Shown piece after piece: positions 53,201 to 64,000 of a DNA stretch of 64,000 nucleotides (positions are counted from its first letter, which is position 1; each line of letters starts with the position of its first letter). Source of the DNA: Nageia nagi (Eukaryota > Plantae > Pinophyta). Made by a program: the position numbers and the translations under genes. Under the pieces are notes generated by a model. The model did no database searches, had not been told where the DNA came from, and saw nothing but the letters and a program-made list of their open reading frames with translations. The stretch spans positions 145,452,001 to 145,516,000 of the forward strand of contig JBITNC010000001.1 in assembly GCA_050084985.1 (NCBI GenBank). Reading direction: 5' to 3'.

Positions 53201-54013
53201 AATAGTACACTAGGGGTTCCTCTACATATCTTAGCTTCCCTAAGCATACTATTATGGAGGTAGATGTTCTGAGGTAGAATAAGGTTGTAATGTGTACATA
53301 TTAAAATTTGATAATGAAAAAAAATTGAATATGCAATGAATATTGATGAAAAGGGGGAGAGGAAGTTGAAGTTGGTGTGTGAAGGAAAAAATTATTTTAA
53401 AAGAGTGTATGGAAATGTGTTTAGCAATCATTGTTAAATATAAAGGTCAATTAGAAAATGATTAAAATAACAAAGTCATAAAGGCACTACATATTGATTT
53501 CTATAGGATGATCATGATGATAAAGCCTCCAAAATACATTTTTCAAATTTTCCTTTTAGATTATCATTTATTTTATGGTTCTTATTCTTGTAATTGGTTT
53601 CTCATAGACAAAGAAGAGCCAAGTAAAATATAAAAGTGTTCCAATTATCAGGGTTACTCTAGATCAATGCAGGAAAGATGATGGGATGATAGACTTTTTT
53701 CATAAAAAGTTAAATAGTATTCTAGACACTAGGAAATCAAGAAATGTAAAAGAGTGAGTTTCCTTATTTGTGTTAGATTTGTATGCCTTATTATCATTTG
53801 TTGTGATATTTGTATGGTTTGCATATTATCACATATTTTGTAGATGTTTTGTAGGAAACATCAGGAGGCAAAGAAAATATAAATAATATGATTTATCTAT
53901 TTTGGTTAGACCATGTTCTTTGATATTCAACTTATTTTTTGGAAATAGAAGATGGTTATTTTATGTATGAACATGTTAAGTATACAATATCTTTCTAAAA
54001 TGATAAGGATAAA

Positions 54014-54016
<3 letters not shown>

Positions 54017-54072
<56 letters not shown>
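54017..54072. repeat. (TA)n microsatellite
   Basis: Directly visible. Confidence 0.97.
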
Positions 54073-54074
<2 letters not shown>

Positions 54075-56264
54075 CTCTATGTTATTTGATTGATTGCAAT
54101 TTCTATATTATAGAAGGTCTTGAAAGATATTTCATTTCATTTTTTTACAAAAAATACAAGATTCAAGTATAAAGAATATCATATATATATATTTTAAATT
54201 TTTTGTTGTTAAATATTGGTTACAATAACTATATGAAAGATGATGATTTCATTTAGTTAGTTTAGTAAATCTTAACTGTTAATTATACTTTGCTCTTGCA
54301 TTTATCATTTTGTGTTGTGTTTTGTTTGGAATCATTCTATTATCTTATGCCTATTTTTGCATTGGCCATTTAGGCCCAAAATCTATGTAGCAATTTTTTT
54401 ATTTTGTTGATGTAGATTTTGCACAGTATTATGTTGCGTGATATGGAGGCTAGTGATAAAAAGTTCTTCTCTTTTCATATTTATTATTCTTTTTGCACAT
54501 TGATATAGGAAAATTTAGAGCCATCTTTTTTATGTAGTTATTTTGTTTGTATTTTTTCTAAATTATCTACTACCTATATTTGCATAAGCCATCAAATGGT
54601 ACATTATTTCAAGTATAAATAAAACTATATTTCATTTTATTTTTTTCAAAAAGTGTTGGTAAATAATAGTATAAGTTGACAATATTATTGATTGCTGAAA
54701 GATTTCATTTTTAAATTTGAAAGCCTTCTTTTTTTTATGCAGTTGTTTTATTTAGATTCATTATAATATCTATGACCTATGTTTACATTAGCCATCATAT
54801 GATGCATGCTTTCAAATATAAAGAAAACTATATTATATTTCATTTTTTCAAAAAGTGTTATTAAATATCGGTACAAATAAATAATGTTGATTGTTGAAAG
54901 ATTTCCTTTTTAATGTTGTTCAAAATCGATGTAGTAATTTCCTAATGTTGTTGATGTAGTTGTTGCATAGTACATATAATTATTTACCTATGTTGAGTGA
55001 TGTGGAGGTTAGCAATAAAAAGTTTGGCATGTACTAATTTGGGTTTTAAAGACTTTTGTATCTAAATTATATAAGGTTACTGGAGGGCCTTTTAACACTC
55101 CATATTTTTGTACAATTACAGCCAAAATATTCAAATAGATATATAACTTGATTATTCAATTGAAAAACATTCTCATGATCTTCCTTTCTTCAATGGATGT
55201 AATACTTTTGTACAAATTAACCCAACATGTATTGTGCACTTATATAGTATTGTTTGCTAAGCATATTTTAGAAAACATTTTTTTATTAGAGAATATATAA
55301 GAATTTTTGAATATACTCTTTGTTTGGGTAGTGTTTTGAAGTTATAATCTATTTTATTTATATTAATGCCAAAATCAACATAAATAATTGTAGAAGCTAA
55401 TGAGTCATGTTTAAGACATGTTGTATTTAGTTTGTTGTATCAATCCCTTATATGGTTTGTTGTGTAAAGAGTAATCAATATGTTTATCCTTTTGAATATT
55501 TTTTTAGTTTGTGTTCATATGGAAGGTAATGTAATGTATTTCAATTTGGATTTCAATGCATATTACTTATAAATGGAAATCTTATATGATACTAAAGTAC
55601 TTCAGTATGATATTTTAAATTTGTAGTAAGTTGCATTGTTGAGTTATTCTTTCTTTATTTACTTCTAATATAAGATTTATAGCTTGAGTTATTCACTCTT
55701 TCCCTTGCCCTTGCTATAAAAAGAAATAGTAAAATCAAAATATATTTTTTGATCTTAGAGAATTGTATGGTAATGGTACTATAAGTAATAATTGAAGAGT
55801 TTTAGAATTTTTACAAAGGGTACCTGGGAAGTGAAGTTATTATGTTTATTTCATTTTTTTTTGTAGGTTTGTATGCATGTTTACAAATTTCATAAATAAA
55901 AATATTGGTTTTCCTTTATCCATGCACATTTCTAGCTCAATTGATTTACTTAACCCTTTTAAGGTTTTAAATTTGTAATTGTATGTTTTGATCAAGGAGT
56001 AAGTACTTTTCATTTAGGAACTCGGACAAGTTTATTGAACATGTAGATGAAAATAATAGTAGAAAGGAAAATATAAATTGAACTAAAGGTAGTTCCTTTA
56101 TGAATGGATTGTACAAAAGTGAAATATGAAGACCATTAATATGATACTATAGGTACTATTTGTGCATAATAAGATGGATTATTATTAACAACTGCTGTAG
56201 CCATCTTTGATCTATATGTTTATCCAAAATTTGGGTTGGTAGATGATGTCAAGCTATGCATGCA

Positions 56265-56481
56265 TGTAGAATCACCAAGTGATTCTACCCAAAAAAATTA
56301 CATAAAAATGTTGGGTAGAATAGCCTTGCTCAATTCTACCTAATAAGATTTAAAATAATGTTGGGTAGAATTACTTGGTGGTTTGGTATAATTGCCTAGG
56401 TGTTCTTAAGAATCACTTAGTAGTTTGGTAGAATTGCTAGGCAATTATACCTAACAAAATTGAGTAAAGGAGTGCATTTCC
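56265..56481 (-). repeat. Cluster of GGTAGAAT/ATTCTACC motifs; candidate right end of a DNA transposon
   Basis: Reverse complement begins ggaaatg and contains aattttgttaggtataattg...aattctaccaaac...gattct, similar to 37240-37294. Confidence 0.55.
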
Positions 56482-56594
56482 ATGATCCAATAATATAGGT
56501 GATTATGTTAGTTACTTAAAATCATGGAATAGTCATAAAATTGATATGATACAAGTAAAAATCACTTGAAATTAATATTACCATAATGCAAGGC

Positions 56595-56850
56595 CTAAGA
56601 GCCTAGTATATTGGTCAAATCTCCCTATTGTAAGAGGCAAGGTCACAAGTTCAAATATTGAAGGCTTGTTGGGATGTTTTATAAGTTGTTTGGCCAATAA
56701 AGGAGGTTCTCTTATACTATTTATCAAAGGAGGTTCACTTGCACCATTTATTGGAGGAGGTTCACTTGCATTATAATTGGAGGAGGTTCACTTGTGCTAG
56801 AAGGTTACTCAAGGAGTGGTTTACCAAGGGATTTAACAATAAAAAATCAT
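56595..56850 (+). mobile_element. Possible tRNA-derived SINE with a short tandem repeat
   Basis: A-box-like TAGTATATTGG (about 56604) and B-box-like AGTTCAAAT (about 56648) at tRNA spacing, then four aggaggttc units and an A-rich end. Confidence 0.45.
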
Positions 56851-56908
56851 TATCATAATACAATGATATAAGTGATGATGTCACTCAACAAAAATTATGA
56901 AAAAGGTA

Positions 56909-57052
56909 GAAAAATCTTAAAGTTAATATTATCATAGCATAACAATATAAGAAAATATTTGAAGTTATAAAAGTATAATAGGAGGTGCCATGGGGTACTT
57001 CAAGAAGGTATTAGTTTAATTATGTTACATATCTTCATCTTTGATTTAGTCT
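56909..57052 (+). repeat. ~145 bp segment duplicated at 60535-60680
   Basis: Near-identical copy (2 mismatches seen). Confidence 0.95.
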
Positions 57053-57055
57053 TTT

Positions 57056-57428
57056 AATCACCCAAAGTGCAACATTCCTCTTTTGGTGTCTTGGGATGAC
57101 AAATTAAATCATCTAGGGACCCAAGAAGCCCAACATCCCATAATGGTTGCCTAGAGATGCCAAATTACAAGATCAATGGCTCATAAATGCAATGTCCCAT
57201 TATGAGAGACTAATATTGCATTAATTACCAATAATTGAGCTAGATTAATTAAATAAAATCCAAGGGTGAGTGCCTCAAGGGTCTCTTTAGCCTTGGTTAC
57301 AGAAATAAATTCAAAATATTAATAAAATACTCCTAAATTAATTTATTTTTGGTTTCTCCTCCTTTTCCATGAACGTCACACTCCAAGAGGAGAGAAAGTG
57401 TACATTTTACAAATTTGGGGACATTACA
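57056..57428. repeat. Truncated LTR copy (terminal ~370 bp) matching 63645-64000
   Basis: About 95% identical by eye; ends ggggacattaca, the inverse of the TGTAATATCCCC start at 62910. Confidence 0.92.
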
Positions 57429-57688
57429 CCACTAGAGTGTTGGGCTATGTATGCATATACATTTTGGTGATATTTGTGAGAAAATGTTTCCTTTTATACA
57501 AGAAATTTTGGACCCAACACAAAACATTGAAAAAGGAAAGTAATGAAACTTAAATTTTGTGAAATCAGAAACTATTGAACTTTTCCCCAATTTACATGCA
57601 TTTTAGAGAAGTCCTTTAACCTTGAATGAGATAAGGCTATAGTATTGAAAAATTCAAAGGAAACTTGCTCATGTTTCTACAATAATTG

Positions 57689-60600
57689 CTATAAACTAAT
57701 CCCAACCTTTGCCCAAGAATCAAAAAGTTTTAATAAATTTACCTCATCAAAAGAAGATAGCAATGCTTCCACATCATCAGTTTTCTTGCTAATTTTTTGA
57801 ATATTTTCTAAAAATTTTGATTCTAGGATTGGTGAGTCATTAATTTTCCATAATTCTAGAACTCCTAATATAGTTAATTGTTGCAACTTTGACTTCATAA
57901 TCTGTATTCCTTGTAATTGATTCAACACACTATTTTTGATCTCTTGACAAACCCACTTTCCTCGCATCGGGTAATTGATTTCCGCCATAAGTTCAACTTA
58001 GTCCCCAATATTTAGGGCCTGTAAACTTTCATTTGAAATTTCTTTTAATTTCTTATTTGCTTTCTTGGCTTTCTCTAATATAGGATAAAGAATATTCTCA
58101 CTTCTACTGACATCTACTTCAATCTTGTTCAATTCCAACAAACACACTTCAACATGATCCCTAAGATGAATCAGGTCCTTAATTTCTTGGCATCTCTATT
58201 CCTAAAATTTCTCCTTTATAGTTAACAATAAACTCTTATCTATTTTGTACTTGTTCATAATTTGTTGCAATTGAGCTATGTTGGCATTTAGACTACCAAT
58301 GATTGAGTCTATTGATGTAATTTTAGCTACTTTTATGGCTATTTCTAGATTCTTTTTAGCAATAATGGCATCCATTTTGCTTATGCTATTGATAGTAGGA
58401 GTGGTAGCTAAACTTGGCCTTAAAATAGCTATATTGTTGTTGACAGCTTTCAACTTGACATTTTGAGCATCTAGCTTCTTCTTCATTAGTTCATGAGCTT
58501 TTTGAGGCTTGTTATATGCAACCTTCAACTTGGTCAAATTTGATATATTCAAGTCCATGGCAATTTGTAGCAACTCATTCTTATCACTTTGAGGAATACT
58601 TCCCATATCTATCTTCACTTGAGTGTTCATGGAGGTTAAGTCACTCTACCCATCCTAGGGATCTTGGGCTATAGCCATTTCTAGCACTTTTTTCTTTGCA
58701 TCCATAGAAGTTTGGAGCCTTATTAGATTATCTAGTGTCAAAATTTTCTTCAGTTACTTTTGCATCCATTCTCCTTGGTTACTCTTCATTTGTTGGTACT
58801 GCTATATAATTTCCATCAATGGACACTTGATACCCAGATATAGTAATGAATGGAGAATCAACACTCAAATCCTAGGAAGAGAAGGCCATAATTTGTATTA
58901 TTAGTGTTGCAATATTGGCCTTGCTAGGGCCTATACCACTGCTACTAATAGGATTCACTATGGAAAATACTAGGATTAGTGGTGATGATGATGGTGGGGG
59001 AAATGATGGTATGTTGATGATATCAATGAGAGAAGCAATAGGTGAAATTGACGTGGAGGGGGTAGGATTATGCCATTAGAAAGGTGGTGGTAATATTGGA
59101 ATTGGTTGAGTGGTAGGTGTCAGAGAAGTTATCACAACTATAGAAAGGGGGGCTCAAGTGAAAATGGGTGATATAACTTGAATGGAAGCTTGTATGATAG
59201 AGTTTGATGAGGAAGTATCAAAAGTAGAAGTAGAAGGAGGAGAAATATAAAGCATACCTATTGGAGCGAGGGTATTCTTCTTCTTCTTAGGTGAAAGGGA
59301 GGCCTTTTGAGCTTTTATCTTCATCGTATATACCTCTTACTTTTTTGATGTCCCTTGTATGGCTTCCAAGGTAGCTTCTTTAACCTCTTGTTTAGCTTGT
59401 TCCTCTTGGCTGATTCCTCAAGTTTCTGACTGATCTTGTTCTTCTTCTTTATCATTGATTTTGGGATACTCTTTAATAGGGGAATCAATGTTCCATTCTC
59501 CACATATCCTTGAATACATCATGGAGGTCAAACTCAAGGGGGTGAATTTATTCCTAGATTCAATTTGGTATTGATTAAATGTAGCAATTTTCTCCTCTCT
59601 CCATTTAAGCCCTCTCAATGTAGCCAAATATTTTTTAGAAATTAAATTAGTCTTTGGATTAAAAATTACCCTTTTCTCATAGAAACTCATCCATGGTGGT
59701 AACAAATATTTAGTAATCAAAGACATAGGCATTGGTTTATCTTTTTCTTCTGGGTTTCTCCACTTATCTAGCTCTGGTTTGGCTTTCGCTTTGAAGTTAG
59801 GAGGTTTGGGCTAATTTTTGAATTTTTTGCCAAACATATTTTTTAGATCATATAGCTAATATTAATTAATCCTTTTTAACTTCAACTTGAGCACCTTCTA
59901 CTTTAGTCAATCACCTCCTCCTCTACTTTGGAGTACCAAGTCATGCACCTTATGAGGTAGAGCATAGATCAGTCTCTTCTTTACTGTAGCTCCATATTTT
60001 GCATCTACATAATCTATTTGCCTACCATACTCCATATTGAATACCAAATTAGTGTTATGTATAGGTAATATGATATAAGTCCCAAAAAAACCATAAAGTC
60101 TAATGAATGTCCCTTCATCCATGAAGAACCAATCTCTAGTCTCGCCTTGAGGTAGCTGAAGATATAATTTTGATGCATCTGATAGTCTTGAAATTTTTGA
60201 AGCAAACAAACTCATGGTCAAAAATAAATTTTTTTCCACAAAGCTATAGTAATCAACCAATGACCTTACTTCTTCAGTCCATTTATCCATATACCTAAGA
60301 GATCCATTTCCCTCACTTTTAACTAAGGTCAATATTTTGAAGAATCTTGAATTTTGATGAATTACCAACCAAACAATATAAGATGCATATGCAAAGTGAG
60401 ATATTTGATCAATTTATTCTAATTGTTCTAAAATCCTATTTGAAATAGCAATAGCCCAATCATAAATGGTGGGAGTATTTGGGTGAGAGATTTGGTAGGC
60501 TATGGCAAGCTTTGCCAATGAGATATATTTATCTAGAAAAATCTTAAAGTTAATATTATCATAGCATAACAATATAAGAAAATATTTGAAGTTATAAAAG

Positions 60601-60950
60601 TATAATAGGAGGTGCCATGGGGGACTTCAACAAGGTATTAGTTTAATTATGTTACATATCTTCATCTTTGATTTAGTCTTGGAGCCAAATCCAATAGTAG
60701 CTTTGTGATCTTTTTCAACATTTGAAATAAATACATTCCGATCTTCCTTTGACATAGATGTTTATCATGGTCATATTATAAATATGCATTCCATCATTTC
60801 TTTATATTGTTTATCATTTTCAATCCAATCCTACATAAGCCTGTCTATTATATGAGAATTATCAAAATATTTGTTATTCAATTGATGAACACATATTAAG
60901 AGAAATTCACATCCTTTCTCAAGATCATTAAAAGGATATGTTCTCAATTT
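57689..60950 (-). pseudogene. Decayed retrotransposon-associated extra ORF of unknown function (globular N-terminal part, P/S/T-rich linker, coiled-coil C-terminal part)
   Basis: Chain of same-strand ORFs (59907-60368, 59418-59732, 58202-58630, 57689-57988) with IYDWAIAIS and DWFFMDEGTFIRLYGF. Resembles accessory ORFs of conifer gypsy elements (from recall). Confidence 0.55.
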
Positions 60951-62909
60951 TAACAATAATATAATTTTTTTATCAAATCAAAAGGTGCAATGTTCTCAAT
61001 TTTAATGGAAAATCAAAGTTTAGACAACTCAAAAAGGCCATGCTCTCAATATTAATGGCTAATTAGAGTTTAGTGAACTCAAAAAATATCATGTTCATAG
61101 CTACAAGTATGCAATTCATAAGTGCACTTCTTACTAATCTTTAACTAGAAAACCACATAAATAGATCACAAACAAAAGTGGATCTATGTTCAAGCCCACT
61201 TTAGTAGACATTTATAAGAAATAATCTCAAAAGCTACTTTAACCATGTATGGATATGTACTTTTACTAATAATCCAAATTCTACTAATTCAACAAAGAGG
61301 TTCCAACACCTAGTAAGAATTTTTAAATTGAAAGCCTTACTAAGTTAGTGAATGCCCAAAATAAAAACACATAATTCTCCATATAAAAAGCAATACCAAC
61401 TAATTTAGTTTAAAAACATACAAAATATATCAATTGTATCTATCAATAAGCATTAGATGGGTTTTACATAACTAATTTTTGACTAAAAAACATATATTTT
61501 GTGAACATGTTATGCATCATGTCTAAAAATATAAAGCTACAATTAACCATGACAAATTCCTATAGGATGATTATTGTTGATGGAAATTGTGTAATGTATA
61601 TGCCCTTGGATAATTTCAACCAAAGTATATCATGAACATGCTAACATAGTAACTTGATCTTTAGAGTAGGTTGGTTCCTTATCTATTGGGCATAGATTAA
61701 AGGAACAAGTAATAGGAAAGAAACATAAAAGGGTAGAGTGTGAGAAATAAAGAAAGAAGGATAGGGACCAAGAGAAAAAGTAGGGGCAGATCACTAGTTC
61801 AACACAGGCTTTCACAAAATGTGAAACCTTAGTAAGAATCTAGTGTAGCAGCCATAGTGCAAGCTTTCACTCCCTAAATTATTCTTTAGCTTAACTCTAC
61901 CATATAATCAGACATAGTTATACCAACAACTCATTGTTATCATTCAAGAAATATCCATTACTTGCCATAATACAACCAAATTAAGAATAACAATGACAAG
62001 TGCTAGAAAAGAAAGGTCAAGATAGCATTGTATTACTGATAGGACAAAAGGTCATCAAAAATAAATACAAGGGGAAATACTAGGGATTTTGACCATTTTG
62101 CTTTGTCTTTAACTATACTTATACTAAGCTAGAGTAGTTACAGAATGACTGAAACAAAATAGTTACAAAATGTTCTAAAGATTTTGGTCTTCTTTTAATG
62201 AATAGTTAACTACCTCTACCACATGGCATTTTATTTCTAAAAACTAAAAGACCTAGAACTATAACTATCTTTGCATTGTGATGAGCATGTTTCCCAAGTG
62301 TTATTTGAACCTATATTACATTTTTGAAAGATTCTCTAACTGATTATGATGATTTTGAAGTCTTTTCAACTTCTAATGATTATTCCAAAACCTTCTTGAT
62401 TTTTGACTCACATTTCAAAGTCTTTTGGTAAAATTTTGCTTGGGTGAAGATTTACTTTGTTACATCTAACATCATTAATCTATGCACTCTAATCTTGAAG
62501 GCTTTTATTTTTTGCTGTTGTCACTTTCTTCTTGCACCTCTATAAAGTAAAGCATTTAACCTTGGGGTATTTTAGTTTTGCTTATGATGTCATCCTCCTT
62601 TGGATCTATTCTTTTGGCCAAAGTGAGATTCACTTTACTTTGTTGATGTCATCTCCCTTTCATGCCTTGAAACACATAACTCATCTATTGTAGAAACTTT
62701 TAGCACTACTCACTAACATCACTACTTTTAGAGTCTAGTTTTAGATGAAAATAATACTTGCCTATACTCTGCTTACATCACATCCTTATATTGCTATACT
62801 TAGTATATTTTCTCATCAAAATTCTCTAAACTTTATAGAATAGTTAGGAGGAGTTTGCTAAAACACATTTCTTTAGACAAATAATAACAATACATGCTAG
62901 GAAGCCACT

Positions 62910-64000
62910 TGTAATATCCCCAAAACTCACAAAATACGATTTTTGTTAAAGTGTAATATTGCAAAGTTGAAATATCACTACTTAGGAATTTATATATATT
63001 TTTATATTTTTTTCTATCTAGCTCAATTCAAAATGGATCTGCAAATTGAATAAGAAATAGAGCCAGAAATGAATTTTATTCTTTAAGAGTTGGGACATCC
63101 TAAATGGACAAGTACAATACTCGAGGAAAAATACCCAAATGCTCAAGAAGGGGAATGTTTTCCCTCACAAAGTAGATTTGGATGATCTAGCCCTGTAAGT
63201 TCTTCAATCTCTTCTCCCCAATGCTAGATGAGCCTCCTCACATTGATTCGGTTGGTTTGGATCTAGGACATGCCTCCTCACATTGATTTGGCAGGTTAGA
63301 TCTGGATCTGGAATATGGCCGCACTAGCTAGATCTAGATTTGCCCCACTAGCTAGATCTGGATCAGGGATGGAATAGTTCCACCACACTAGCTTGAACTA
63401 TTCCAGTAACTCCACCTCACTGGCTCAAGCTACTCTAGCAACTCCACCTCACTGGCTCGAGCTACTATCCTAGCTTAGGTAAGAACTCCTCCACATTGGC
63501 TTAAGCTCTCCCACTAAGCTAGCTGGAAAGCTGCAACTCCACTAGCTGCTAACCCCTAAAAAGAGATAAAATCTGATGATCTTCTAGCATCCCCCAAATG
63601 ATGCATCCCATCTCCTTTTATAATAAGATCTCTCATACCTTGGAATCACCCAAAGTGCAACATCCCTCTTCTGGTGTCTTGGGATGACAAATTAAATCAT
63701 CTAGGGACCCAGGAAGCCCAATGTCCCATAATGGTTACCTAGAGATGCCAAATTACAAGATCAATGGCTCATAAATGCAACATCCCATTATGAGAGACTA
63801 ATATTGCATTAATTACAAATAATTGAGCCAGATTAATTAAATAAAATCCAAGGGTGAGTGCCTCAAGGGTCTCTTTAGCCTTGGTTATAGAAATAAATGC
63901 AAAATATTAATAAAATACTCCTAAATTAATTTATTTTTGGTTTCTCCTCCTTTGCCATGAACATCACACTCTAAGAGGAGAGAAAGTGGACATTTTACAA
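62910..64000. repeat. LTR running just past the window end, with GC-rich internal subrepeats
   Basis: Starts TGTAATATCCCC; subrepeats at 63230-63560 (cctcctcacattgatt and aactccacctcactggctc each twice); TATA-like tataaag on the minus strand near 63618. Confidence 0.88.

Larger units (their letters stand above)
41260..56250 (+). pseudogene. Decayed multi-exon gene relic of unknown product (probably transposon-borne), interrupted by element C
   Basis: Alternating purine-rich exon-like blocks bounded by TAG/CAG and GT (near 41409, 50598, 50921-51017, 51641-51689, 52845, 53608-53754, 53853) and T-rich intron-like spacers. No domain recognised. Confidence 0.35.

Noticed and set aside
56600-56670. 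Functional tRNA gene
   Set aside because: No convincing cloverleaf or anticodon arm; kept only as a SINE-like head.

Overview
AT-rich, CpG-poor plant DNA. A gymnosperm/conifer origin is inferred from the element families and PPR style. The only intact gene is an intronless PLS-class PPR gene (minus strand, 34198-36585) whose DYW domain appears to have been lost by a frameshift. The rest is decayed, nested transposable elements, labelled here by me. A (5653-19356) is a Tat/Ogre-like Ty3/gypsy element with RT-RH-aRH-INT but no gag. B (9755-17608, perfect CTTAC target-site duplication) is a pol-less LTR element inserted into the RT of A. E (about 20339-31489) is a chromovirus that carries a non-autonomous LTR element, D (22536-26536). 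C (41557-50213) is a second pol-less element related to B. A possible ~19.5 kb DNA transposon carrying PPR fragments spans about 36987-56481, and a rearranged LTR/extra-ORF block fills the right end. The most notable pattern is that B and C share one design: LTR, tRNA-Trp-type PBS, gag, no pol, a spliced antisense gene (containing a Plant Mobile Domain in C), a pre-PPT hairpin, LTR. All alignments and identities were judged by eye.
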